Counted from the stretch's first letter, positions 12,740-23,839 are shown. The stretch is 64,000 nt of DNA from Chlorokybus atmophyticus (GCA_009103225.1 RHPI01001507.1:478805-542804), one strand, 5' to 3'. The notes: generated by a model from the sequence alone, not told the origin. Program-made: numbers and translations.

Positions 12740-12839
12740 TATGTAACAATCATAAAGCATTAATATAATATGTTAAGTATATATACTCGATTGGACTGCA
12801 ACTTGCTGCCATTTTGTATGCTTAATTACCAATGACATA

Positions 12840-12961
12840 AATCTGTGATTAGTACTAGTGTGCGCTCATGTAAAGTAATATACTATTTATTAAAAAAAGG
12901 AATCTGTGATTAATACTATTGTGCGCTCATGCAAAATAATATACTATTTATTTGAAAAAGG
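12840..12961. repeat. Tandem duplication, 2 x 61 bp
   Basis: aatctgtgatta.tacta.tgtgcgctcatg... starts at 12840 and at 12901. Confidence 0.9.
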
Positions 12962-13400
12962 AAAACATTTTCGCATAATGTGTGCAACCTTTTTTATCGT
13001 TATATAGGTAAGTGCATCAGAACATGTCTTTCACACTGGCTGTTTACTGGCGGTTGTTGCCATAACTCCTTGTTATGTATTATTAACATTAATAATATAA
13101 ATTTAATAAAGTTTTCACATATGACAGATCTATATGCATCAAGATTGCTTTGGAGTTGTTACCTAGTCATATGGTTTACAAAGGAACGTGTGTTGATCAG
13201 ATAGATATGGTATATAATGCGCGCGAACGTTTGGCGCGAACGTTTGGCACATTGCACATCTTACGGTGCCCTAATTTATGTAATACATTGATTAAAGCAA
13301 AGTGTGATTGAATACATTTATTGTAATCTGAGATGTATTATTCACACCTTGTAGAATTCAATCGAAACTTGTTGAATTGCTATACAATGTAATTGTTTAA

Positions 13401-14046
13401 CACTAGGGATGTAAATGTACTTTTAAGTGTACATGTACACTTAAGTGCACAATTAAATGGCCTTCCTTGGCACGGCCTTCTTGGCCGGTGGTGATGTGAC
13501 AATGCAACATGTGAAATACCGTTGGATAGCTCTCGGCGTGACGTGTCGAGGTAAAGTAACCGCGTCGCAATCGGCGCAGTGGTTTGCAAGTTATGCATTC
13601 TGTTTTCTGGCCCTGTGAATAGGGTTTGCTGATCGGACCCGTCGAAGGACCCGTCGGGTTCACTCAGATAGGAATAACTTCTTAAAGCGAAGGAATCTTG
13701 TGACAAGTCACCAATGAAAGTTGTTCTACTCGACGAGAGCTATCCAACGAGCTCATAGTTGCCGCGCGGAATTCCTACAAATGCAGCCGTAAGGACACTT
13801 TAAAGGCCCTTGCATGACTGTACACAAAAGTGTACAGTGACTTTTACCATTTTAGTCGCTTACAAAGGTGTACTTTGTAACGCAGGTAGCCAATCAAGCT
13901 GAAAGTTTGCACACGAGTTGCTTACAATGTTAGCAATAAGTGTACAAAGTTTCAGCTTGAAATGTGAGGGTTTGCAATTGTTATAGCAATGCCCAGCGGA
14001 TGAGATAAATGTACACTTAAGTGTACATTTATCCACATCCCTAGTG
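13401..14046. mobile_element. 646-bp non-autonomous TIR element (MITE) flanked by TTAA, piggyBac-like
   Basis: TTAA|CACTAGGGATGT ... ACATCCCTAGTG|TTAA. Subterminal palindromes (gtacacttaagtgtac) and an internal 15-bp inverted repeat gttggatagctctcg / cgagagctatccaac. No coding capacity recognised. Confidence 0.75.
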
Positions 14047-14709
14047 TTAATGGCATACGTCATCTCTCTGTTACGATGTGTGTTATAAGCCATAAAACCC
14101 CTTCATTTGACCCTTAGGTGAGTATACTATATTGCGAGATGGTTGCATACATACAGTTTAAAACTCCGTAGATATGACAATAAGGCTACATACTTTATGA
14201 TATATACATTCATTTCAGGACTTCAAGTAAATATTTTATACTTCAATGAAGTAACATATATTATTACATTATCAACATGAACGACGGGTAACAAAAACAA
14301 GCTTACCCTGATTTTATGCACGCGAAGCGTGCAAGTTTTTGCTCATCTTAACAAACCCAAATGCATCAAGTTTGCTTTGCTTTTTACATTGGTTGCTCCA
14401 CTTAGCAAGCATTATAGACAATTTGTTAATGAGATGCAACTTAACCGCGGCTAGATGCAAGTAGACATTAACTTTCATTACTTGCAGCTGTGTAACGTGA
14501 CAACCATCATGTTGTAAACAATTTGGTTAACAAAAGCGGCGGTTATAATATACATCGGCCATAGTTGTCATATGGACATGATAATTATTTGCCAAAATCC
14601 TTGCAATCGGTGACCGGAAAGTGCACGCAGTAGAATACGAGCTTCTTTGTGAATTGCTTGTTCTCCTTGAAACTTTAGGGCCCGACGCTGTACTCAAAAT
14701 TGGGGGGGG

Positions 14710-15287
14710 GAGTTATGAGTCTGNCGCGGATATCGACCGGGGCCCCAAGACCAGTCCGGAAGGTGCCAGAAAACGGAGGGCCAGTCGAGAAGGGCTCAAC
14801 CAGATTTCTGGAAGGGCCTGGCGCCAAGTAGTATAACTTGACCATATGAGCAGCAAATTAGGAGATCTTTGGTGCGTTGGAAAGGTCTAGAAGTGTACTA
14901 CAAGATTCTGCAAGAACATCTTAGCTTCTAGGTCCGTCTAGCGCTAGAATCGTCTAGACAGTAGCATGTGCAGACTGGTAGGTATAAAAGTGACATACGA
15001 CAACTTGCAATACAACCTTTAGCTCCCTAGTTTCTGGTGTGCAAGCTTGGTGGTGGCTAGAAGAGGTTGCTAGCGTGTGTCCACTGGTGTGTGCTTGCTT
15101 GTGTGACGATCCAAGGCGCTACACAAGTCGGTGTGTAGCTTCGAGCGCATGCGCGTGCGTACGCGAGTGGCGGGGCGCGCGTGTGTGCTTGGCAGAGGGG
15201 GCAAGGTTCCGGTGTGAATACCGTGTCTTGGTGAGAGGGTTGTGGATTGGACCAACTCACAGGTGACAAGGCACGAGCACCGTCACA
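14710..15287 (+). repeat. 5' LTR, lacking its first ~94 bp
   Basis: Matches the 3' LTR from gagttatgagtctg to cgtcaca. It is preceded by a G-run instead of TGTAAC and contains an N at 14724. Confidence 0.92.
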
Positions 15288-15289
15288 AC

Positions 15290-15301
15290 TGGTATCGGAG
15301 C
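15290..15301 (+). promoter_or_regulatory. Primer-binding site (initiator tRNA-Met type)
   Basis: TGGTATCGGAGC lies 2 nt after the LTR end CA and is one mismatch from the canonical TGGTATCAGAGC. Confidence 0.9.
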
Positions 15302-15381
15302 ACGGTTTACGAAGGTGAGAGAGGAAGTGTGTGGGCGTTTACACTTTTCATTCGGAAGCGGAGTGTAGTGTGTTAGTGGAG

Positions 15382-16410
15382 ATGGAGGATGCTCGCATGG
15401 AAGAGCTTCAAGCTGCCATCTTGGCACTGAGGGAAGAGCTTCATCACACTCAAGCGGCGGCACAAGCACAACGCGAGGCGTATGAGCATGCGATGGCGCG
15501 TGTACAAATTCCCATGGCATCAAGCTCGCGCGTGCATGTGAAGGTGCCAAAGCCCAAGCCATTCAGGGGTCAACGTGATGGAGATGCAGTGGATGAATGG
15601 ATTTTTCAAGTATCGTCTTGGTTGAAGCTCACGGAGGTGCCCACGCATCTGCACGTGGAGGTTGCAGCGACATTGCTTGAAGGTGCAGCACTTGTGTGGT
15701 GGAGGCATCGATGTACGCGTGTTGCAAACGGGTTGGCGCTACCATTGACCACCATGGAAGAGTTGGCACTGGAGGTCAGGCATCAATTTGTTCCCGTTGA
15801 GAGCGTGAAGGCCGCACGCGACAAACTTGCAGCCCTTGTGCAAATGGGGTCGGTGATGGCGTACACGGCCGCGTTTCAGCGATTGGTGATGTCCATACCC
15901 AATATGACCGAGGAGGAGCAGTTGGACAGGTATACACGTGGTTTAAAACCTTTGGGGCGTAAAGAAGTGGAGCTACGGGACCCGAAGACACTCGCGGAGG
16001 CTATACGCATCGCGGAGCGTCTCGACGCGTTGTACTTCAAGTCCACCACAAGAAACACTGACTGGAGGCAAAGGCATGGTGATCAGCCCCGGGGAGGCTT
16101 TCAACATGCATGGAGACGAGGAGAACCAAGTTCAGCACTTGCCAATGGAGGTGGAGCTGACTCTGGGCCTGCACCAATGGAGGTGGGTGCCATACACACG
16201 CATGGAAGTGAGGCGAAGCACGGCGGACGTGGTGAAAGAGGTAAAGGTGTGCGCAAGTGTTATGCGTGTGGGTCGACGGAGCATTTGGCGTACGGATGCC
16301 CCAAACGAAGCACGCAAAGGCCAACACCGGATGGCAACCCTCGCCGTGATCGTCGCGTCAACACCATGGAGCAAAATGGCGTGGAGCAGGAAAACGACTT
16401 CCCCCAGTAG
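15382..16410 (+). CDS. gag: Gag (retrotransposon gag domain and CCHC zinc knuckle)
   Basis: Motifs PKPFRG...VDEWI, LLEGAALVWW, YTAAF, GPAPMEVG and CYACGSTEHLAYGC. First plausible ATG is at 15382. Confidence 0.95.
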   Translation: MEDARMEELQAAILALREELHHTQAAAQAQREAYEHAMARVQIPMASSSRVHVKVPKPKPFRGQRDGDAVDEWIFQVSSWLKLTEVPTHLHVEVAATLLEGAALVWWRHRCTRVANGLALPLTTMEELALEVRHQFVPVESVKAARDKLAALVQMGSVMAYTAAFQRLVMSIPNMTEEEQLDRYTRGLKPLGRKEVELRDPKTLAEAIRIAERLDALYFKSTTRNTDWRQRHGDQPRGGFQHAWRRGEPSSALANGGGADSGPAPMEVGAIHTHGSEAKHGGRGERGKGVRKCYACGSTEHLAYGCPKRSTQRPTPDGNPRRDRRVNTMEQNGVEQENDFPQ

Positions 16411-19400
16411 GTGAGGAGGCTACTGCTGGGGATAGGAAGGAGCCTCATGCACGGACGGATGCTGTGACATTTCCATTAAAGAAGCAAGAAGAGATGGCTT
16501 TGAACGCGCCAATGGTGGTGAGTTATGCAAACGAGGAGACAACAAAGTACTTCGGGCTTCGAGCACACATTTGCGATGACCAAGGACGATGGAGAGAGTG
16601 TAAGCTCATGATTGATAGCGGTGCCAACAGCAACTTCATGAGTATTGATATCGCGCGGCGTTACGGTTGGCTTTCGTCATTACGAGGAGGTGAAGTGAAG
16701 CTCGCTGATGGAGAGCCACCCTCTGGAGGTGATGGCGCTGCGTTTATGACCAAAGAGTTGTGCGTTCGCATTGGGAAGATGAAGGAGAGCATGCGATTTT
16801 GCTGCATCACCCTACGGAACGGGTTTGATGGGATTTTGGGACTACCGTGGCTATGGCAACATAATCCAGCCATCAATTGGAGGAAGCGCGTGCTCACCAT
16901 CGAGCGAAACGGTGGAGAGTCCATTCAAGCTGCATCGGACGTCATCGAGGCGCGGCACGCACAATTAGGTGGTACGACAATTGCCCAGATCTCTTATGTG
17001 CAATTGAGGAAGTTATTGTCTCCACGGAAGGCAAAGGCTGCATGGTTGTGTGTGGTGCGCGAAAACACTGCAAAGTCAGCACCAGAGCTGAGTGACGATG
17101 TTAAGACGGCTACGATGGACCCCGAGGTGTGTAAACTTGTTAAAGAATACCAAGATATCATGGTGGACGGACTTCCATCTGGTCTACCACCTCCACGGAG
17201 CGTAGACCACCGTGTGGAGCTGATTGAGGGCGTGCACAAGCCACCGTATCGACCCGTATACAAGTTGTCACCTTTGGAACTGGAAGAGGCCGAGAGGCAG
17301 GTGGCGGACTTGCTGAAAAGAGGCTACATCAGGCCTAGTAAGTCCCCCTATGGTGCACCTATTTTGTTTGTACGAAAGAAGAACGGGAGCTTGCGCATGT
17401 GCGTCGACTACCGAGCTCTCAACAACATCACGAAGAGGAATTGCTTTCCACTCCCACGTATCGACGAGTTGCTGGAGCAATTGCAAGGTGCGCAGTACTT
17501 CACAACACTTGATCTTGCTGGAGGTTATCACCAAATTCGCATCGCGCCCGAGGATGTGGAGAAAACAGCTTTTAACACACGTTATGGGCACTACGAGTGG
17601 TTGGTCATGTCCTTCGGACTTACGAACGCACCGGCAACATTTCAAACGCTTATGAACAGCGTTTTTGCTGACTTGATTGGTAAGGGAGTCCTCGTGTACC
17701 TCGACGACATTTTGGTGTACGCGACAACAAAGGAGGAGCACGTGGCACTTCTACGGCGCGTGTTGCAGCGTTTGCGCGAACACAAGTTGTACGCCCAGCT
17801 ACAAAAGTGCAAATTCTTGCTTCGAGAGGTGGAGTACCTAGGCCACATTGTGTCGCATGAAGGCATCAAGCCGGACCCCAACAAAGTGCAGGTGGTGCGC
17901 GAGTGGGCTGCCCCGACCAATGTAAAGGAGGTGATGTCCTTTTTAGGCCTTGCGGGGTATTATCGCAAGTTTATCATGGGGTTTTCGCGCATAGCTGCTC
18001 CCTTGACTACCCTACTCAAGAAGGGAAAGCATTGGAGCTGGTCAGCAACAGAGGAACATGCATTTGCTGCGTTGAAGAAGGCGCTGACGGAGGCACCAGT
18101 CCTGGCTCACCCCAACATGGAAAAGACATTTATTTTGGCTTGCGACGCGTCCGACACAGCCGTAGGAGCTGTTTTGCAGCAAGACCATGGCAACGGCCTT
18201 CAACCAGTAGCATTCTTCAGCAAGAAGATGAGTGGTGCGGAGCTGAATTACCCCGTGCACGAGAAGGAACTTTTAGCGCAAGTCATGGCGCTACGACAAT
18301 GGCGTTGTTTTTTGGAAGGCAAAAAGTTCGTGCTTGAGACGGATCACTCTCCACTGAGGTACTTACAAACACAACCTCATCTGAGTCGCAGACAAGCTCG
18401 ATGGCTTGAGTTCTTTCAACTTTTTGACTTCGATATCAAGTACAAGCCCGGTACGTCAAATGGTGTTGCTGACGCGCTGAGCCGGCTTAATGCAATTGAG
18501 GCACTCGCTCAAGTGCAGCCCGAGTGGACCGACCAGATTCGGCAAGTGCTTCGTGAAGACACGGAGGGTATGAAAGTGTTGCAAGAGCTGAAAAATACAG
18601 CTACGGACACAAGTGGGCACTGGTCAATGCGCGACGGGCTGCTGTGGCACCATGGGCGCTTGTACATCCCCAACGTCGCGCATATCCGTGTGAAGTTGCT
18701 GAAGGAAGCTCATGACGTGCCCATTGCTGGTCACCAAGGGTTGGAAAGGACTTTGGCAAGCTTAAAACAGCGTTTTTACTGGCGAGAGATGCATCGCGAT
18801 GTGCGCGACTACGTGGCGTTGTGCGACGCATGCCAAAGGGTGAAGGCAAGCAACCAAAAGCCAGGTGGGTTGCTGCAACCTCTCCCTGTGCCATTGTCCA
18901 AGTGGGAGCAAGTTACCATGGACTTTATCACGGGGCTACCAAAGACAAAAGAAGGGTACGACGCTATACTTGTGTTCGTCGATAAAACCAGCAAAATGGT
19001 ACGCTTGGCACCGTGTAGTGAGTCTTGCACGGCACCGGAGGCAGCACGCTTGTTCGTGAAGCATGTATTTCGTTCTCATGGATTACCACGAAGCATTGTG
19101 AGTGATCGCGACCCGCGCTTTACAAGTAAGTTTTGGGAGGCGCTGCATAGTGCACTGGGTACCACACTGAAGTTTAGCACGGCATTCCACCCGCAAACTG
19201 ATGGGCAAACGGAGCGGGCCAACCGTGTGATCGAGGACATGCTGCGTTGCTACGTTAACGCGCGACAAGACAATTGGGAGGAGCTGCTTGAGTTGGTTGA
19301 GTTTGCGATCAACAACCACCACAATGCAAGCACAGGTGTCACTCCCTTCCTTATGAACTACGGGCAACATCCATTGACACCGTTGACGGCATGGACACCG

Positions 19401-19997
19401 CGACGACATGACGTGCGTGTGGAGGCAGCTAATGACTTCCTTACAAAGTGCGCGGACATTAACAAGGCAGCTAGGGATGCGTTATTGGTGGCACAAAATC
19501 GGCAGAAGCAGTACGCGGACGCGCATCGCCGACACCTCACGTTTCAGGAAGGCGACATTGTGTTACTCTCCGCGAAGCACGTCCAGGTGCGTACGGGAGT
19601 TCGCAAGCTGAATGAACGCTGGTTGGGACCATTTAAGGTCAGCAAAGTTATCTCGGACGTGGCGTACAAGTTGGAGCTACCCGACACCATGCGTGTGCAC
19701 CCCGTTTTTCACGTCTCCCTTCTGAAAGCATATCGAGGACAACCGCCAGAAAGGCCACCCCCCGAAGTTGGCACGGACGGTGAACCCGAGTGGGAGGTAG
19801 AAGACATCCTTGGTGAGAAGTTTGTGCATGGCGTACGCAAGTTCTTAGTGAAATGGAAGGGCTATCCGTTGCATGAAGCATCCTGGGAGCCAGAGGCACA
19901 CTTGACTAATGCTCAAGACGTTGTGCGTGCCTATCTTGCTCGACGACAACCTCGCGAGCTTCGAGGACGAAGCTCACCTGGGGGGGGAGGAGTGTAA
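16389..19997 (+). CDS. pol: Pol polyprotein (protease, RT, RNase H, integrase, chromodomain), in the -1 frame relative to gag
   Basis: Protease LMIDSGA; RT YLDDIL; RNase H ACDASDTAVGAVL; integrase HHCC, MDFITGLP, SDRDPRF and GQTERAN; chromodomain WEVEDIL...FLVKWKGYP...SWEPE. The frame is open from upstream of the gag stop. Confidence 0.97.
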   Translation, partial: GKRLPPVGEEATAGDRKEPHARTDAVTFPLKKQEEMALNAPMVVSYANEETTKYFGLRAHICDDQGRWRECKLMIDSGANSNFMSIDIARRYGWLSSLRGGEVKLADGEPPSGGDGAAFMTKELCVRIGKMKESMRFCCITLRNGFDGILGLPWLWQHNPAINWRKRVLTIERNGGESIQAASDVIEARHAQLGGTTIAQISYVQLRKLLSPRKAKAAWLCVVRENTAKSAPELSDDVKTATMDPEVCKLVKEYQDIMVDGLPSGLPPPRSVDHRVELIEGVHKPPYRPVYKLSPLELEEAERQVADLLKRGYIRPSKSPYGAPILFVRKKNGSLRMCVDYRALNNITKRNCFPLPRIDELLEQLQGAQYFTTLDLAGGYHQIRIAPEDVEKTAFNTRYGHYEWLVMSFGLTNAPATFQTLMNSVFADLIGKGVLVYLDDILVYATTKEEHVALLRRVLQRLREHKLYAQLQKCKFLLREVEYLGHIVSHEGIKPDPNKVQVVREWAAPTNVKEVMSFLGLAGYYRKFIMGFSRIAAPLTTLLKKGKHWSWSATEEHAFAALKKALTEAPVLAHPNMEKTFILACDASDTAVGAVLQQDHGNGLQPVAFFSKKMSGAELNYPVHEKELLAQVMALRQWRCFLEGKKFVLETDHSPLRYLQTQPHLSRRQARWLEFFQLFDFDIKYKPGTSNGVADALSRLNAIEALAQVQPEWTDQIRQVLREDTEGMKVLQELKNTATDTSGHWSMRDGLLWHHGRLYIPNVAHIRVKLLKEAHDVPIAGHQGLERTLASLKQRFYWREMHRDVRDYVALCDACQRVKASNQKPGGLLQPLPVPLSKWEQVTMDFITGLPKTKEGYDAILVFVDKTSKMVRLAPCSESCTAPEAARLFVKHVFRSHGLPRSIVSDRDPRFTSKFWEALHSALGTTLKFSTAFHPQTDGQTERANRVIEDMLRCYVNARQDNWEELLELVEFAINNHHNASTGVTPFLMNYGQHPLTPLTAWTPRRHDVRVEAANDFLTKCADINKAARDALLVAQNRQKQYADAHRRHLTFQEGDIVLLSAKHVQVRTGVRKLNERWLGPFKVSKVISDVAYKLELPDTMRVHPVFHVSLLKAYRGQPPERPPPEVGTDGEPEWEVEDILGEKFVHGVRKFLVKWKGYPLHEASWEPEAHLTNAQDVVRAYLARRQPRELRGRSSPGGGGV
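19980..19992 (+). promoter_or_regulatory. Polypurine tract
   Basis: GGGGGGGGAGGAG immediately before TGTAAC. Confidence 0.9.
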
Positions 19998-20664
19998 CAG
20001 TCAAGGCCAAATTCTGTGATTTTCATGGCCGTTTTAGGCCTTATTTGTAAGGTACATGTTTTTAATGACTTGTGGCGGATATCGGCGAGTTATGAGTCTG
20101 CCGCGGATATCGACCGGGGCCCCAAGACCAGTCCGGAAGGTGCCAGAAAACGGAGGGCCAGTCGAGAAGGGCTCGACCAGATTTCTGGAAGGGCCTGGCG
20201 CCAAGTAGTATAACTTGACCATATGAGCAGCAAATTAGGAGATCTTTGGTGCGTTGGAAAGGTCTAGAAGTGTACTACAAGATTCTGCAAGAATATCTTA
20301 GCTTCTAGTTCCGTCTAGCGCTAGAATCGTCTAGACAGTAGCATGTGCAGACTGGTAGGTATAAAAGTGACATTCTACAATTTGCAATACAACCTTTAGC
20401 TCCCTAGTTTCTGGTGTGCAAGCTTGGTGGTGGTTAGCAGGGGTTGCTAGCGTGTGGCCACTAGTGTGTACTTGCTTGTGTGACGATCCAAGGCGCTACA
20501 CAAGTCGGTGTGTAGCTTCGAGCGCATGCGCGTGCGTACGCGAGTGGCGGGGCGCGTGTGTGTGTTTGGCAGAGGGGGCAAGGTTCCGGTGTGAATACTG
20601 TGCCTTGGTGAGAAGGTTGTGGATTGGACCAACTCACAGGTAGCAAGGCACGAGCACCGTCACA
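19993..20664 (+). repeat. 3' LTR (672 bp, TG...CA)
   Basis: Starts TGTAAC after the PPT, ends CGTCACA, and matches the 5' LTR. Confidence 0.95.
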
Positions 20665-21429
20665 ATCACACTTGTTGACATGCTGCTAATGTAGCTATTA
20701 AGTCATCATTGACCACAACAGCTGCATTTGCTCGTGCAAAACGTTATGAGCCCTGGGGGTTATTACGATCGTAGAGAACATTGGAGGCAACATTTTGAAT
20801 TGACGGTGTGCTCACTGCAATACTATGCATGGTCACGGTGACGGTGTTATGTGTCACGTGACTCACGCGCTGTGATATCGAGACATGCATTGGGGCTTAA
20901 AGGCAATTCATCCACAATGAGATTTGTTGAAAGATTGAATGGAGTTTCTCAACTAGTGGTCTCCAGACAAGCCGTCCATCTTTACGCATTACACAAGATG
21001 ACAATCGGTTGCCTGTTTGGCGGAGTGTCCTCTCTCTCTCAAGGGTGTACACGTGTCTCCTTCTCGAGCTGCAATTGTCATAGATAGCTTGAAACGCTGT
21101 CTGTGGAAGCCTTGCGTTGCCGTGGCCTTGCGGTAGTTGAAGGGCAAAGAATGCCTACTCACTCATGAATTGTGCGAAAACGATGCAGTGTGCTGTCGCA
21201 CACAATTAACAGAGCAAATAAATGCGTATAGCTAGTTTACATACTATCATATCTATAGCAAGTCAAGTCGATTAAACCCACCCCTCAAACATGCAATGCA
21301 GATCCTCGAATAACACATGATAGTCCCGTATTGCGAAACACATTTTTTGCAATCATGCTGGTGTATAGCTCAGCCCAGAAGCTGTCGTTGTTATCTGTCA
21401 CACGATAGTCGATGAGAGGGGAGCTAGTG

Positions 21430-21900
21430 ATGTTGCTATTGTGTTTACAACAAACTCGTCATACATTAAACGACTTAATCTCTCCAATCTGCAATTAAGG
21501 TTCAGCGTTGCCATTGACAAGGTACCGGAACGTGCACCATTAGCATTTATGCAAATTTGAGCAGCAAAAATAATGGTCAGGCATTGGGAGACTCCACGCA
21601 CGTGCCACCGTGAGGACCGATGGCCCCTTACGGCAATTATCGTGCAATGCAGCAACTGACCTCAATGCCAAATGGGCTTTAAAGTTTGAATACTGAGCAG
21701 TCTTGGAGTAACAGCGTCTCGGTCCATCCGATGCGGCTTTTTTACAAGAGTACATGTGTCCTCTACAAGAGTACATGTGTGCGTGGAAGGCCATCTTGGT
21801 CTTGAACTCAATATTCTCATAACCGGGTGCCGGGACGGCCAGTGCAACGAAGTGATTGTGAAGATCTCAAAGACTCCGTCTCGTCGTTATCGGAGTTCAA
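21430..21900 (-). pseudogene. Probable decayed hAT-type transposase C-terminus
   Basis: Fragments in shifting frames: ENIEFKTKMAFH...QYSNFKAHL, LLKFA*MLMVHVP and NCRLERLSRLMY. These resemble the hAT dimerisation region. Confidence 0.4.
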
Positions 21901-21949
21901 GGTGTCACATAGCGGCAACAGCATACGGCTCTTGCCGCTATCGCGATGA

Positions 21950-22180
21950 TGCTATTAGTCAATGCCGCATTGAGTAATAGCATCAGCTATTAGTGCAGCA
22001 CTAACGGCTATGCATTTCAATAAGTCACATAGCCATCAGTGCTGGCAATGACAACAAATGCTGCAAGATGTATTCAAGTGTATATTGCATTGACCAATGC
22101 ATGATGCAAAGCCAAGTTACTGCAGAAAAGAGGGTAAAATTGTGAGTGAACAAGCCATTGCTATGCGTGATGTTGTCCCA
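21950..22180. repeat. Old dispersed repeat, copy 3
   Basis: aaagagggtaaaattgtgagtgaacaagcca; the upstream part parallels 24150-24340. Confidence 0.65.
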
Positions 22181-22889
22181 TTTACTTGTGTGAGCGGAAC
22201 AATGTGTCTAACCGTAGAGTGATGTAAATAAGCATGAAACTTGTGAATGCGGTCCTACTGATGTAGTATTGCTCAATAATGGCAATCACATTGCATCGAG
22301 GCACCACTAAGCTCACAACCAATGCAAGGCAATGCGCACGCAAACAAGCACATTCTCACATGGTGAGGTGTCGTGCTATGCGTCCAGCAGGGCTCAGTCT
22401 CTTCGCATATGCCTACATCCAATCCTCATCCAGGGCTATCATAGCCCGGGATGCGAACCCGGGAGAAGCCAGTGATTCTTCCCTTCATCTAATCCCTGGT
22501 TCCATGCTACCAGCATTAACTCCACGCATCGGTGATCATTACCAAGCAGTTCACGTAGGGACCCACCATAGGCGATCCATTAAAAGTCCTGACCATACCG
22601 TCCTTTTTTCCTGCCTACCCGCTCGAAGTCACAGCCCGGCAACCCCTCTTAATGGCTCTGTTGTTGAAACTTGCACTCTGAAAGTTCGAGCCTGACAGAT
22701 CTGTTACGAGTCTGGCAAGCCTTCTCGTAGCTAACTCGCAACTATCTTTTGATACATGATAGTCAATCATAAACAGCTACCGTATAGCCGTGACCAGACA
22801 TGTAAGGCCGATGAACTGAAGGCTCACATGTGTGCATACGATAGTATAAGAAGTCAGACTATTTACATGCACACTTGATGCAAATGTGA

Positions 22890-23050
22890 GGGAGTTCGTG
22901 AAACACAGAGTTGAAGTAAGTAAGTTTTTAGTATTTTTCGAAAAGTTGTTGAGTTCTTAAGTTTACGCCCGAGTTTGATGTTGTATGCTGCAAGTGTTGG
23001 GGTTGGAAAGACTCGAAGCCAGCCGCTAGCTTTAAGCCTCCCCTTCACAA
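22890..23050 (-). pseudogene. Possible LINE reverse-transcriptase C-terminal remnant
   Basis: YNIKLGRKLKNSTTFRKILKTYLL resembles the helical tail of LINE ORF2. No other support. Confidence 0.25.
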
Positions 23051-23687
23051 CTTGAAGTTGTGAAAAGGTGTGATTGCACACAAGCCGTTTCAATCGAAAA
23101 GCCTTCACACTGTAAAAGAGTGCAGCGTTTGTGCGTGTGCATTGGTTGTCAGTGTGTAAACTTGGTTGCATTGTCCGCACGGTGTGAACACTCATCATCC
23201 GGGTGGGGCATTATGTAACTGTCACATGAGTTCACCTCAGTTAACGGTTTATATTTATATTCGCATTTAATCTCATGCAAGGGACTGTGTTACAATACTA
23301 CCCATATCAATGGCTTGTTCACTCTGTCTGTTTTAAAGAGGGCCTCCATTGTTTGCATCCTAGCTAGCGGTACACATCGGAGTTAACCCTATCCACTGCG
23401 CATCAGAAAAGGGGGGGGGGGGGTGAACTTTTTTGTCTTTATACTCATCAGCAGGAAGGACACCACTTCACTGCGTCTTTAGCTTTAGCACAGCTTCACT
23501 ACGGCAAGTTGAAGAGGTTCCGCACCCGACCCTGCGCAGCCCGACACATGACTTACTTGCATCGAGAGTGTTTTCAATCCGGATTTAGGTTAGGGTTAGC
23601 TCATCTCATAAACACACGGTGCAGAATTGGCTTGCTGATCAGCAAGCCAACTGTGCACCGTGTTCATGAAACACCGCGACTGATTTA

Positions 23688-23777
23688 CCGTACTTACCCC
23701 GTTAGAGTCCCCCTTTTTATACGGTCCCCCCCTCAATTTTGTTGGGGGGGACTCTATTCAAGGGGAGAGGGGGAGGG
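23688..23777 (+). mobile_element. Isolated left end of a pogo/Tc2-like TIR element
   Basis: TA|CCGTACTTACCCCGTTAGAGTCCCCC is similar to the TIRs at 24910 and 25631. Confidence 0.55.
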
Positions 23778-23839
23778 GCAGATTTCTGGAAGGGCCTGGC
23801 GCCAAGTAGTATAACTTGACCATATGAGCAGCAAATTAG
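23778..23839 (+). repeat. 62-bp fragment of the chromovirus LTR
   Basis: cagatttctggaagggcc...cagcaaattag is identical to the LTR and ends at an N (23840). Confidence 0.9.

Larger units (their letters stand above)
14710..20664 (+). mobile_element. Ty3/gypsy chromovirus LTR retrotransposon with intact ORFs
   Basis: Two LTRs, PBS, gag with a CCHC knuckle, pol in PR-RT-RH-IN-chromodomain order, and a PPT. Confidence 0.97.

Noticed and set aside
12518-12961. CRISPR-like array
   Set aside because: Simple two-copy tandem duplications without unique spacers, in a eukaryotic context. No rRNA or tRNA genes were recognised anywhere in the window.
14621-15269. Short ORFs in the LTRs (also 20016-20646 and 23509-23814)
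   Set aside because: Incidental frames in LTR sequence with no protein motifs.
22395-22695. 138-aa ORF and compositionally distinct block
   Set aside because: No recognisable motif in any frame; probably an unclassified TE fragment.
23581-23600. TTAGGG / CCCTAA hexamers (also near 37930, 45190, 59440)
   Set aside because: At most two units; consistent with teloboxes or branch points, not interstitial telomeres.
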